A stretch of 43,010 nt of DNA, taken from the IMG/VR virus record IMGVR_UViG_3300045988_038152, positions 1 to 43,010 of that record. One strand, written 5' to 3'. The translations under genes were made by a program, and so were the position numbers. This DNA comes from a virus. Shown in pieces: positions 25,401 to 34,446 of this stretch. How positions within the stretch are numbered: position 1 is the stretch's first letter; each line of letters begins with the position of its first letter. Under the pieces are notes generated by a model that was given only the letters and a program-made list of their open reading frames with translations, was not told the DNA's origin and ran no database searches.

Positions 25401-25646
25401 ATTGTAGAAATTGTAATTTTTCCACTGCTCCCGATCGTTATTGATGCTTAATGTGAGCGTTTTACAGACTACCGCACCAATAGGGAAACTACTACTGTCT
25501 GCACAGTCAGAAAACCCGTTGTCGCCGTTCATGATATCCTCATTGATGGTCTTTTTTGTTCCATCAGGAAAGGTGATATCCACTATCATCCTGACTGGCT
25601 CGCCAGCTTCAAGCTTTTCTCTAAATGCGTTACTTATGTTAATCAC
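22407..25646 (-). CDS. Tail tip / receptor-binding fibre protein with C-terminal S74 intramolecular chaperone domain
   Basis: 1079 aa, GTG start overlapping the Dit stop; C-terminus GVSDIRLKDNV...ALEIVNQMQVRQFDWKK...IGFVADELEEIDP. Confidence 0.75.
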   Translation of the reverse strand: MINISNAFREKLEAGEPVRMIVDITFPDGTKKTINEDIMNGDNGFSDCADSSSFPIGAVVCKTLTLSINNDREQWKNYNFYNAKVHAYLKVNGLEEKIDKGTYTITEPEQYSDIITLTALDDMYKANKTYTSGLKLPQSLINLVRDACETLKIGMNLTMEHGDIIIRSIPDSMTFRQLFGYAAMIESANARIDYSGNLRFLKWDFGKMESDNAATVDADGFIHFGDANPSIDIDSFISLPGWIINAEGFLALTSGPGSDVQRLMAYANPPTLSSDDIVITGVRLKNGETDNNTDTDYSGMYGEEGYVLELENELIDSDQLETVASIIGEQLVGARFRNLEGDLIYEPTVEFGDMVYTYDRLGNKYVTPLTDVSGNVGGLTTVKTQADDPIRGSSSYYSDSTKAIVAARKMVKKETSAREEAMKRLNERINNASGMFSTDVKQADGSTIRYLHDKKTLGESLNVIKITSDAIGFSTDGGKTYPYGVTVDGETITRLLYAEGINADYINAGTLLVKDKNKNAIFEADMDTGSVTLDGSCVTIGGKPLDEKIEDVENAAALARNMTMQLDNDYQGIPVDSDGNYTEFPECTTTATVMYGTQDITDNCTYTITTSQNIQGSWDKESKTYTVTGLTADSGWIDIRAVYLNNLAVTKRFSVVKQYAGAQGEPGTPGRTYFLRANAELLLMGADKKISPATLTVSAFYRDGQDTENNLHGYWRLERSPDSGNSWSEVSISYTTAVKAINIAVNTMSLAAHDMLRVSVYSDADKTILCDRQSFSVAIDVAALTQEDIVDILSDNGAWKGLRYLDGHLYISFDAAKGGTLILGGKNNGDGTQILYDANGKRVSKSDNDGTLYYKTYKDEDNYTGFLFNKDGISFVEWANGVETITPGIINFTANRTYINNNVYVYGWEGKTRRKPVTSASDAGSRIDYIGTGTGTTGGKEYRRVAVRGQWGSTTENYYATDYVYTNTGVSDIRLKDNVVDSEVNALEIVNQMQVRQFDWKKGGHQNIGFVADELEEIDPNLALGGGYDENGEMDVKQINTSYLLNYAIKAIQELSATIKEQSCKIRELEEKLDGIKGN

Positions 25647-26017
25647 AGTGGATTCACCCCCGTCATGTTAAATTCTAATGATGACAAAAACTTTCTATCG
25701 TCCGACAACTCCCCGATAGCTATGTTTTGCGTCTGTCCTACATAGAACGGTGCATCACGCCAAACTCCGTAATACGGTGAGAAATAATGTAGCGTAAATT
25801 TATATCCTTTCGCTACCATCTGCAAAATTTTAGTTGCTTCTGTCATCGGGATATCACTGGTCTTATATGTATACTGTTCTACGGTAAACATCGGTGTAAA
25901 GTAGCCTACACCATATTGTGTCCTCTGGCTGGATTCCGTGTAAGTCGTGGCAAAGGAGAGCGCGAGGTCTTTATCCGGTTGCCAAATTATCGTTCCGTTG
26001 ATTTTGTACTTTTCCAT
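25643..26017 (-). CDS. Distal tail protein candidate (124 aa)
   Basis: RBS gaaaggagggcgttATG; lies between the tape measure and the tip protein. Confidence 0.55.
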   Translation of the reverse strand: MEKYKINGTIIWQPDKDLALSFATTYTESSQRTQYGVGYFTPMFTVEQYTYKTSDIPMTEATKILQMVAKGYKFTLHYFSPYYGVWRDAPFYVGQTQNIAIGELSDDRKFLSSLEFNMTGVNPL

Positions 26018-26030
26018 AACGCCCTCCTTT

Positions 26031-29000
26031 CTATGCCATCTCAAACGGATTTCTGCCGCTTGTATCTCGTCTCATCTGCGCTTCTTTCATCATCTCATCA
26101 AACAGTGTCCTGCGATTGATCTGTGCTGTAAATCGGTAGCTTCCACCGCCAGTCTGCCGCCCTGCTGTTTCTTCACGGACGATCTTTCTGAGTAAAGCTT
26201 CCGGTGTCTCGATGTTGTTGCCCTGTTTCTGGTCGCCTAAGACCGCAAGGAACTCACTCCGAGGGGGAATGACTGCGCCTTTAGCCAGATATGGGACTGT
26301 CGGTACTCTTGGAAAAGTAGCTTTAAACCCGATAGTCTTTGAACCGAATGGGGTCGGTACTTTCCATGGGCCGAAAGAGAATGCTGATTCAATCGCACTA
26401 ACAACTCCGTTTACTTTGCTGATAGCACCATTTACAACACTTATAATATTGTTCAGAACAGACCTAATAGCATCTCTCATTCCATCAAATACATTGACTA
26501 CAGTGTTTTTAGCGGATGTGAATTTATCAACAATAGCGTTCTTGATTCTTTCAGCAAAACCACTAACGGTAGACCATATAGCATTCCATTTCTGATGTGC
26601 GCTGGTCTTTATATTTCCCCAAATGGTCGTCATTTTGGTAGCTAGGCCTCTGAGCTTATTTCCAATATCCTCAACAAAGCGCCTTGTTTTATTAGAAATC
26701 CAATCCCATACCTTTCCAGCCGTTTCTTTGATTTTGTCCCAGTTCTTGTACAGTAAGACTCCGATTGCTATAGCGGCTCCAATCGCTATAACCACCAAAC
26801 CAAATGGACTTGTCAAAAATGCGACTGCTGCACTAAGAGCTTTCGTGGCGGCTGTTGCAATTACACAGACAGCATTCCATGCCGTTGTTGCCGCTGTCAT
26901 CGCTACCTGAGCAGCTGTGTTGGCAATCTTAACCGCAGTGTTTGCAACAAAAGCAGCCGCCTGTTTTCCAAGCGATACTACAGTTTGTGCAACACTTACA
27001 ACAAAATCTTTTGCATACAGAGCAGTCAGATACGCAGTCTCGGCTTTATCTACCAATTTTGCCGCAACATTTTCATATATTGCCGCTTTCATCAGATTCA
27101 GTACACCTACGACACCACCTGCTTGCTGAATGAACGAAAGAAGTTCTACCGTTTTCCAAGCCGCAAAAAAGGCTGCTATAACTCCGATATTGTCAGAAAA
27201 TGTTTTGACCACTGTCGTAAGCAAATTGATAGCTATCGGAAGTCCTGATTCGATAATCCACTTCAGCATTGGCAGAATTACATTTTTATAAATCCATTCA
27301 AGTACATTTCCAATGGATTCCAAAATTGGAGCAAAAGTCGCTGTCAGATTACTAATAGATTCCAACAGCGGATAGAAATCCAAGTTCGCCGCCCATGTTG
27401 CCGTATCCTCTGCGATTTTCTCAACAAACCGCATGACTACTACGAGAGCATCTGCAATGTTCTGTATAATCTGCGTTCCGACATTGTTCTTATTCCAAGC
27501 ATCTGCGAAACCGGATGCAATGTTTCCTATTGTTATAAGTACGTTCTGAGCAATCCGAAGCATGGTTTCTAACATCTTCGTACCGGTTCCATTTGTCCAG
27601 ACTTCCACAAGCGATTTACCTACGCTCTTAGCGAGCTTCGCAATTCCAGTTAAGGCAATCTGCGCCGCATTAATGGTGTTCTTGCCCTCTTTTTTCCAAG
27701 CGTCCTGAAATGGTTTCCAGAGTTTTTTTAAGAGTTTCGCAAGCTTTTCAGCTGATTTGCTGATTTTATCCAGAGCAGTTTCGCCCTCTGCTACTTTTCC
27801 ATAGTCCACGTTCCCGACAGCTCCAGCCAAACCGCCAGGACTTCCTCCCGACCCTGTTCCTGAGGACGGGACTTTGCTTGCTGTTGACGATGTATTCTGA
27901 GTTGAATACCGACTAATCTCATCAAGCGGACTAAGATATCCGTTTGCAGCCTTAGCCGCGTCTTTTGTTGCATCAGCTACATCTTCTGTAGAATCCGCAA
28001 GCTTGCTGGCGTTGTCTGCCGCCTGCCCGTAAGCATCTGCCGTATCCTGCACGCCACTTGCATCGCCTGTGAGACCTGCTCCACTTCCACTTGTCTGACC
28101 AGAGGATTTCTTGCCGGTAATTAATTCCGTAAAGGATTTAAAAGCATTAGCTAACGTTGCCAGCTTACCGAGCAGAACGTTAATAACTTTCAGAACGGGC
28201 GTGAAAATATTAATCAATCCCTGTCCGACTGTTGCCTTGAGAGATTGCAGTTGTAACTGCATTACTCTTACCTGGTTCGCCCAGCTGTCAGAAGTACGGA
28301 TGAAATCTCCAGATGCAGCTGATAACTGTTTCTGTACAAAAGCCAAGCGGAGGGCAACTTTCTCCTGTTCGGTCATTTCAGATGTGGTTTTGCCATAGCC
28401 ATTAGCCAGTGCATACTGGTCAAGTGCCGACTGGGTCATTACCACGCCAAGATCCTTGAGCGTTTCTGTTTCACCTGTAAACACTGATTTCAGCTTGATA
28501 TAAGCCAAGTCCTGACTGATGTTATAGAATGATGCCACATCGCCAGTCAGCTGCGTCAGAGCCGTTGACATGTCATAAGCCTGTGCTTCAGAGAAACCGA
28601 ACGACTTAGACATTGCTCCGAACGTACCAACATACCTTTTTGCCATTGTTTCAGATAGGCCAGCAGAGGTCATGGCGTTCTTCGCAAATTCATTAACCTT
28701 ATCAGACATGGTTGTAAATGTAACATCGACCACGTTCTGAACTTCTGCGAGGTCGGAACCAAGTTCTATAGACTCTTTACCAAACTGAATTAGCTTACCA
28801 ACAGCAAATGCAGAACCAACTAAAAAACCAATTCGCTTTACTATCGTTCCTAATCCTTCAAACTGACGGCCTAAAAGATTTACTTTTCGACTTGCACCGG
28901 AAATGTCCATTTTATTAAATGAGCTAGAAACCGTGGTGCCTGTTTTTTTTGCCGAATTCCCCATTTTGTCCATAGAGTTTTCGACTTTTTCTGATTTTTG

Positions 29001-29186
29001 CTGTAAAGATTGAAACGAATCTTCGAGTTTTTCAAATCCATCGTGAAATATGCTATTAATATTTGCATTTATTTCCTTGACCGAGCTTGCTAAATTTTTA
29101 AATGCCGCTTGTACTTCTTTGACGCCAGACGATATTCCGTCAGTATCTATCCTGGTATCAATGATAATTGAGCCATCAGCAGCCAT
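26031..29186 (-). CDS. Tape measure protein
   Basis: 1051 aa, helical and TM-rich, in the canonical position after the chaperone genes. Confidence 0.85.
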   Translation of the reverse strand: MAADGSIIIDTRIDTDGISSGVKEVQAAFKNLASSVKEINANINSIFHDGFEKLEDSFQSLQQKSEKVENSMDKMGNSAKKTGTTVSSSFNKMDISGASRKVNLLGRQFEGLGTIVKRIGFLVGSAFAVGKLIQFGKESIELGSDLAEVQNVVDVTFTTMSDKVNEFAKNAMTSAGLSETMAKRYVGTFGAMSKSFGFSEAQAYDMSTALTQLTGDVASFYNISQDLAYIKLKSVFTGETETLKDLGVVMTQSALDQYALANGYGKTTSEMTEQEKVALRLAFVQKQLSAASGDFIRTSDSWANQVRVMQLQLQSLKATVGQGLINIFTPVLKVINVLLGKLATLANAFKSFTELITGKKSSGQTSGSGAGLTGDASGVQDTADAYGQAADNASKLADSTEDVADATKDAAKAANGYLSPLDEISRYSTQNTSSTASKVPSSGTGSGGSPGGLAGAVGNVDYGKVAEGETALDKISKSAEKLAKLLKKLWKPFQDAWKKEGKNTINAAQIALTGIAKLAKSVGKSLVEVWTNGTGTKMLETMLRIAQNVLITIGNIASGFADAWNKNNVGTQIIQNIADALVVVMRFVEKIAEDTATWAANLDFYPLLESISNLTATFAPILESIGNVLEWIYKNVILPMLKWIIESGLPIAINLLTTVVKTFSDNIGVIAAFFAAWKTVELLSFIQQAGGVVGVLNLMKAAIYENVAAKLVDKAETAYLTALYAKDFVVSVAQTVVSLGKQAAAFVANTAVKIANTAAQVAMTAATTAWNAVCVIATAATKALSAAVAFLTSPFGLVVIAIGAAIAIGVLLYKNWDKIKETAGKVWDWISNKTRRFVEDIGNKLRGLATKMTTIWGNIKTSAHQKWNAIWSTVSGFAERIKNAIVDKFTSAKNTVVNVFDGMRDAIRSVLNNIISVVNGAISKVNGVVSAIESAFSFGPWKVPTPFGSKTIGFKATFPRVPTVPYLAKGAVIPPRSEFLAVLGDQKQGNNIETPEALLRKIVREETAGRQTGGGSYRFTAQINRRTLFDEMMKEAQMRRDTSGRNPFEMA

Positions 29187-29201
29187 ACATTCACCTCCTA
29201 A

Positions 29202-29774
29202 CTATTTGAGGTTCAATATCTCATTCAGCTTATCTTTATAAGCTTGCTCTTCATCGCTGAGACGTGTTTTTATATCAATAATGTTCTTGTTTTCTTGATA
29301 GAATTTTTTTTCCAATTTATCCAGGCGTTCACCTTTTGCTTTTTTTGATCGGATTCCAACTACGGTATTAAAAAGGCATTCACCAGATTCCATAAAGCAT
29401 CCAAAGAATGTCCGCCAGTGCATGTATGGAACGGCTCTGATTTCTTTACCAGCAACCTTGTTTACCGCTGGAACAATCATATCTCCGTCCTGTTCCCAGT
29501 CCATCAAACGGGGTTTAGGGTGGTTCGGATTATCGTCCGACTTTCCACAGTCAATGAAATCCGATGCTTTCCGACAAGCTTCGTCCAGACACTCAGGCGG
29601 TATACTCTGCCAGTCCTCAAACAGGATCTGCAACATAACAACTGCTTTTGCCTGTTCGTCCAGTTCCGGGTCGTTCATAGCAATGAGAATATCAATGATC
29701 GCTCGAAAATCCGTTCTAATAGAAAAATCCACCCCACTGATGTTGAGTGAGGTGGGAAGCTCATAGGCGGTCAT
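29202..29774 (-). CDS. Gp15-family tail-assembly protein (A118-type)
   Basis: LPTSLNISGVDFSIRTDFRAIIDILIAMNDPELDEQAK. Confidence 0.65.
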   Translation of the reverse strand: MTAYELPTSLNISGVDFSIRTDFRAIIDILIAMNDPELDEQAKAVVMLQILFEDWQSIPPECLDEACRKASDFIDCGKSDDNPNHPKPRLMDWEQDGDMIVPAVNKVAGKEIRAVPYMHWRTFFGCFMESGECLFNTVVGIRSKKAKGERLDKLEKKFYQENKNIIDIKTRLSDEEQAYKDKLNEILNLK

Positions 29775-30196
29775 TTTGTATACTTCTCCGTATACTTATT
29801 GACTGCTGCCTGCATTTTCTTTTTTCTCTTTTCGATTTCCGGTGCGATTGCTTCTGCGATCTTATTAAGTACGATATAGGCGAACACCTGACCATTGCCG
29901 AATACAGTGGTTGCTGTGATCGGCTCTTTGAACAGGCCTTTTGATGCTTCATATCCGAGCAGGTAGTTGATTTTGTCTTCAATCTGCTTGTTCAGCTCTG
30001 CCATTTTTTTGCCGGAATCGACCTTCTGAATAGAATCTTTAAGCTGCTCAAAGTACTCTGTCAGCTCTTCGGCACGTGCCGCTACATTGATATCAGTCGG
30101 GTTTAACTTAAAAGAGGAAAAAACTTCATCTTCGTTATTCGTGAATGTGAAAATGAGAATTCCATCATCAATTTTGGTGTTAATTATTTTTGCCAT
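29771..30196 (-). CDS. Tail assembly chaperone candidate
   Basis: 141 aa, acidic, between the major tail gene and Gp15; ATGA coupling to Gp15. Confidence 0.55.
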   Translation of the reverse strand: MAKIINTKIDDGILIFTFTNNEDEVFSSFKLNPTDINVAARAEELTEYFEQLKDSIQKVDSGKKMAELNKQIEDKINYLLGYEASKGLFKEPITATTVFGNGQVFAYIVLNKIAEAIAPEIEKRKKKMQAAVNKYTEKYTK

Positions 30197-30222
30197 TCGG
30201 CGTGCCCTCCTTGTATATGTGC

Positions 30223-30723
30223 TTATTCGCTGTCGGCTGTGAATGTGCCGGAACTGATATCAAACTTTCCTTTTACACGTTCGCCAGTATAATTGACGGT
30301 AAATGGAATCTGATAGCCGGATGTATCACCGCCATAGGAAGTCGGTACAACGTAACAGTCCTGCTGATATGCTTCATACTTGCCTGCTGTAGCTGCTGTC
30401 CAGAGATGAACTTCAACTGCTTTTGTCTTGAGGTTGTCGTCTTTGTATCTGTTGTCTACGATCTTCTGTAATGCTGTGAACAGATCGGATGTGGTATCCG
30501 CGTAGAACGGATCAGCGTCAGAAGAAACTTCGTAGCCGTTATGCTTGAATGTGGATTCTCCAAGAATGTTTTTAGATGTTTCAGTGTCTGGATTGAGTTC
30601 TACATTGTACTCTTCCAGATCTTTTCCAAGACGCTCATATTTCGGTGTCAGTCCTCCACAGAGGGAACCTGCATCAATGTAATGAGCCATATATTTACGG
30701 TCAATCTTGCCTGTAACTGCCAT
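30223..30723 (-). CDS. Major tail protein candidate (166 aa from ATG 30723)
   Basis: RBS agaaaggacatttctATG; position upstream of the chaperones. Confidence 0.6.
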   Translation of the reverse strand: MAVTGKIDRKYMAHYIDAGSLCGGLTPKYERLGKDLEEYNVELNPDTETSKNILGESTFKHNGYEVSSDADPFYADTTSDLFTALQKIVDNRYKDDNLKTKAVEVHLWTAATAGKYEAYQQDCYVVPTSYGGDTSGYQIPFTVNYTGERVKGKFDISSGTFTADSE

Positions 30724-30804
30724 AGAAATGTCCTTTCTGCCTATAACTTTTAAAAGGCCGTGTAGGTTAGCGACTATCTCCAACTGATAGCCGGTTGTTG
30801 CTTG

Positions 30805-31305
30805 TTATATTACTTCGTAAGTGTTTTCGTAGCGTACCGATAATGGCAATAGCCAGTCCTGTACGCCACTCTCCTGCGGTTCTAAACCATAGGAGTTATC
30901 ACGGGTGATACGTTTTATCACTCGCCCCTGTGAGAGCTCAGGAAACGCATTTAAACGTGTCTCAGAGCCATTTATGACAACTGGTTCCCGACATATCCAT
31001 TTACCGAGATTGTCAAGGAACTTTTGAACAGATAGTTTCTGTCTTTCCTTGTCGGATGCTGTGCGGTACACTACATAAAATGGGTACTGACAAATTTGGT
31101 GCATTATTCCGCAAACATCTTCTTTTTCTGAATAGATCAACGCCCCGTTGTCTGCTGAGAACGCAATTCCGGATTCTTTGCCAAGCTCCTCAAATTTGAT
31201 TGTTTCATTTTCGTATAGTCCCGGATACTGGTTCAGAAGTGCTTTCATGGCATCTGTCAGAATTTCGTATCCGGTTGCATCTTTTCCAATAGGTTTATCC
31301 GCCAT
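30805..31305 (-). CDS. Tail-completion / head-tail joining protein
   Basis: RBS ggaggtggcagacATG; position. Confidence 0.5.
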   Translation of the reverse strand: MADKPIGKDATGYEILTDAMKALLNQYPGLYENETIKFEELGKESGIAFSADNGALIYSEKEDVCGIMHQICQYPFYVVYRTASDKERQKLSVQKFLDNLGKWICREPVVINGSETRLNAFPELSQGRVIKRITRDNSYGLEPQESGVQDWLLPLSVRYENTYEVI

Positions 31306-31786
31306 GTCTGCCACCTCCTGCCTGTGCTTTTACCTTGCGAAGCCATGTGTCACCGTATTGTCGTTTTGCGGCATCAAACCATTCAGCTTGTACCTGAGTA
31401 TGCGGCGATTTTGTATATTGAAGATTTTCTTTTGCATTCGTTTTGCCGGAATACTGACTCACAAGAACCTTTTCCGCATCGTGTCTTGCCCATGTACTAC
31501 CTGTTGCGGGGTCGACCATGGTTTTTCCAAAATAAAGAAAACGTCCATATGGTTCTGCCGCCGCACATACAAATCCAGTCCCTTGCATTGATGTACTTTT
31601 GACTCTTGTTCGGTCAATAAAATCTCCCGAAATCATTGGCATAAACTCTATCATACTGTCCATAACCATTCCATCAAGGAGATATTGAGCTTCTTGATAC
31701 TGTCTGGAGAATCTGTCCATATTCAGCTTGATTTTCATATCTCCGTCAACTACGGAGAACCCTTTGAAATGATGAATTTTACTCAT
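31295..31786 (-). CDS. HK97 gp10-like head-tail joining protein
   Basis: AAEPYGRFLYFGK motif; position. Confidence 0.5.
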   Translation of the reverse strand: MSKIHHFKGFSVVDGDMKIKLNMDRFSRQYQEAQYLLDGMVMDSMIEFMPMISGDFIDRTRVKSTSMQGTGFVCAAAEPYGRFLYFGKTMVDPATGSTWARHDAEKVLVSQYSGKTNAKENLQYTKSPHTQVQAEWFDAAKRQYGDTWLRKVKAQAGGGRHGG

Positions 31787-31787
31787 A

Positions 31788-32249
31788 TTACTTACCCAGA
31801 ATCTCAAAGTGTGGAATCAGTGTATACGGACCGCCCACACTGGTAATCTTAAACACGTTATCCTTGTTCTCATTCATGTACTGATAGAATCCGCTCCGAT
31901 AATCACTGTCAGTTACCGTTCCACCATTCCACTCACCCTCCCAGAAAAATGACTCATCTGAGAATGTGATGGTGTCTTCCAGAGCGTTGTTAATCTGCCT
32001 TTTCCACTCTTTAGGCGGCACCCATGGGAGAATCTTACCGTCTCTATCAGCAATGGTTATATCACCGTTCTGGACAATATAACGGATGTGCAGCTGTGCA
32101 TTGTCGGTTGCGTCTGGTCCGTACTTTTTAATGATTGCTCCCTTGTCGGTAATGAGGTCAACGCCAGATAGCACATGAGGATACCAGTACGCATCTCTAG
32201 TTGTGGCACTTTCGTAATAGTTGAAAAGTGTAATTTTAGATGAATACAT
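31788..32249 (-). CDS. Head-closure / minor structural protein
   Basis: RBS aaggagagggtatcATG; position. Confidence 0.45.
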   Translation of the reverse strand: MYSSKITLFNYYESATTRDAYWYPHVLSGVDLITDKGAIIKKYGPDATDNAQLHIRYIVQNGDITIADRDGKILPWVPPKEWKRQINNALEDTITFSDESFFWEGEWNGGTVTDSDYRSGFYQYMNENKDNVFKITSVGGPYTLIPHFEILGK

Positions 32250-32265
32250 GATACCCTCTCCTTAA

Positions 32266-32535
32266 TTATTCTTTCTGTACTGTCTGCTTAATAACCTGAT
32301 TCACACCGGTCGCCGACAATCCATTGAACATACCGACTGCAACCGCCGTGATATAATCCGTTGCCGGAAAGTCCGGGATAATTCCCATTCCGACCGCTCC
32401 GAGAATCCCACCAATAATCGCCATGATTACCGGGATCCATTCATCAGAGACTCTTTTTGATGCTTTGCAGCCCATTCCTACGATGTAGCAGATCATAACG
32501 ATTGCGATACATGAGCCTAATGTTGAAATATTCAT
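32266..32535 (-). CDS. Holin (A118 Hol118 / phi-LC3-like, 3 TM), located inside the head-tail joining module
   Basis: 89 aa from ATG 32535; EWIPVIMAIIGGILGAVG ... AVAVGMFNGLSATGVNQVIKQ parallels Hol118 WLPTVSILIGAILGAL...GAGGTGLFEQ. Confidence 0.65.
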   Translation of the reverse strand: MNISTLGSCIAIVMICYIVGMGCKASKRVSDEWIPVIMAIIGGILGAVGMGIIPDFPATDYITAVAVGMFNGLSATGVNQVIKQTVQKE

Positions 32536-32539
32536 ATAA

Positions 32540-33181
32540 TCACACTCCTGCATATAAAATTGGTATTCCATCATCCGTCCTTACTCCCATCAGAAGCGAC
32601 AAAGCTGTCTTTAAGAGCAAGTCGTTCGTTTTCTGTACATCTCCGGCGGCGGCGTACACCGCACTCCATTCCTTTGCACTCGCCCCGATCTGCTGAGGCG
32701 TTGCGTAAGAGATGGATTCACTGCCGGAACTTATGGAAGTTACGATTCCGGTGTTTTTGTCGCCAGAATCTTCCTTGCTGTTTATCAACTGAACATTGCC
32801 ACTTGTGTCTGATACAAGTTGAGCATTTACCTTGCTGTTTTCTGCCGATGCCCCTCTTACTAACTGAATGTTTCCATCACCATCTGTTACTAAACCATAT
32901 TCACCAGGTCTGGTTGATACAGAAGATCCGTTCATGGTGGCGTAAGAAGTTGCATTTTTCTCGGCAAGTTCCAACTGGTACATTAATTCAGCCAGTGAAC
33001 AGACCGCCTTTTTGATACGCTTCCGAGAGTGTTCATTTGTTGGCAGTCCGTCCACAAGCCTGTCAAACGTTATTGTATCCACAAAATCACTGGCTCTTTC
33101 TGCCAGTCGTGGGAAGTCAGTCCCTGGCACGACTGAACCGAAATATGAAGTTGTGTAAAATTCATAATCTGCATAAGCCAT
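32540..33181 (-). CDS. gp6-like head-tail connector with a ~100-aa internal/C-terminal expansion
   Basis: N-terminus MAYADYEFYTTSYFGSVVPGTDFPRLAERASDFVD; internal repeats DGDGNIQLV / DTSGNVQLI. Confidence 0.6.
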   Translation of the reverse strand: MAYADYEFYTTSYFGSVVPGTDFPRLAERASDFVDTITFDRLVDGLPTNEHSRKRIKKAVCSLAELMYQLELAEKNATSYATMNGSSVSTRPGEYGLVTDGDGNIQLVRGASAENSKVNAQLVSDTSGNVQLINSKEDSGDKNTGIVTSISSGSESISYATPQQIGASAKEWSAVYAAAGDVQKTNDLLLKTALSLLMGVRTDDGIPILYAGV

Positions 33182-33199
33182 ACCAGTTACCTCCTACAT

Positions 33200-34369
33200 T
33201 TATGATTTTGCTGTTACGCTTGCACTTCCGGCATTCAGTGCTTTATATGTTCCATCACACTCAACCACTGTGATCTTCTGTCCGGTTGCTGCCTTAATGT
33301 CAGCTTTTCCGTCCCATGTAGTCCAGTTTCTGAGGTTCTGTCCATATCCAACAGTTACTGCACCTGCTGCAACTTTGTATTTATATACGTTGTTGGCATT
33401 TTCTTTAGCTGGATTTACAGTGATTTTTGTATCACCGCTTGCTGTTCCAGCCACGGAATTTACTGTCAGAGTGCCAAGGGTTGGTGTTTCGTCGATGGTG
33501 ATTACTGCGATTGCATCAATGTACTCCGCAAAAAGAGTAAGTCCCATTACTGCAAACGCTTCAGATACTGCGGTGAGGTAGTTGCCCTGGGTGTGGAATC
33601 CGATCAGGTTTGTCTCACCAGATACAGTATATACAAGTCCTGCCCTCGCAAAGTCAGATTCGTTCGGGTCAACATAGTAAAGCACGATGTTCTCAACAGG
33701 GGTAGCAATAACCTGTCCTCTTGGAATCTCGCTGTCAGATAACAGGAAGATAGTATTGAAGCCCATGAAATCTTTCATATACTGGAAGCCGAACTGGTTC
33801 TGAATAGTAATCTCAGCTGCTCCAAGGTATTCATATACGTCCAGAATATTGACAAATCCAACAACACCAGTCGCATTTCTGTGCATCTGCTTGAATTTAT
33901 TCTCAACACGGCCTTTAGCCATTGCCAGAGCCATCTGGAATGTGGTTTCTGTGGAAGTAAGTGTACCGGTTTTCAGATAGTCATAGAATCTGCCGGTAAC
34001 ATCAGTCTGAAGCTGGAAAAGGAACTCATCGTCAGTCATCTGAACAGCGTTCTCGTAACCGTGATCCTTGATTGCTTCGATAGATACAGCCTTTGCGTAC
34101 TTTTCGATAGTCATTTCCGCATACTTCTTTTCTTTTACAACGAATTTGCTGTAAGGGATTTCCTCACCCTCACCAACAAGTCCGCTCTGTAAAGTACCCT
34201 CTGCGTACTTAGAATTCAGTACAGCACCCGGCTGCTTTTTGATAGGTCTCATGATACCTAGAATGTCACGTAAGTGCTGCCAATTTCTTTCGAACCTGGT
34301 TACAAAGTCAATCTCACGTGCTGTGACCTGGATATCGTTAGTCATGATAAGATTAGTTTTTGCTGGCAT
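33200..34369 (-). CDS. Major capsid protein with C-terminal Ig-like domain
   Basis: 389 aa after the scaffold; C-terminal ~90 aa is beta-rich: TLTVNSVAGTASGDTKITV...KITVVECDGTYKALNAGSASVTAKS. Confidence 0.75.
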   Translation of the reverse strand: MPAKTNLIMTNDIQVTAREIDFVTRFERNWQHLRDILGIMRPIKKQPGAVLNSKYAEGTLQSGLVGEGEEIPYSKFVVKEKKYAEMTIEKYAKAVSIEAIKDHGYENAVQMTDDEFLFQLQTDVTGRFYDYLKTGTLTSTETTFQMALAMAKGRVENKFKQMHRNATGVVGFVNILDVYEYLGAAEITIQNQFGFQYMKDFMGFNTIFLLSDSEIPRGQVIATPVENIVLYYVDPNESDFARAGLVYTVSGETNLIGFHTQGNYLTAVSEAFAVMGLTLFAEYIDAIAVITIDETPTLGTLTVNSVAGTASGDTKITVNPAKENANNVYKYKVAAGAVTVGYGQNLRNWTTWDGKADIKAATGQKITVVECDGTYKALNAGSASVTAKS

Positions 34370-34446
34370 AAAAAATCCTTTCTACCCATAATTGTTAAGG
34401 TATTGGGTTAGTGGCTATACTCTGGCGTATAGTCGGTGTAAAAAAA

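Noticed and set aside
26212-29068. Numerous 60-130-aa plus-strand ORFs antisense to the tape-measure gene, with similar ones antisense to the portal, terminase, fibre and capsid genes
   Set aside because: They are shadow ORFs inside long, well-supported minus-strand genes. They lack RBSs and have low-complexity, implausible sequences.
29771-29860. Possible -1 programmed frameshift (slippery A AAA AAG at about 29825 in the tail-chaperone gene) fusing it to the Gp15 ORF, which is in the -1 frame
   Set aside because: After a -1 slip at that heptamer, the new frame hits TAA nine codons later (gaa aat gca ggc agc agt caa taa). No slippery site exists in the last eight codons where the Gp15 frame is open. 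Gp15 has its own ATG in an ATGA overlap, so simple translational coupling is more likely.
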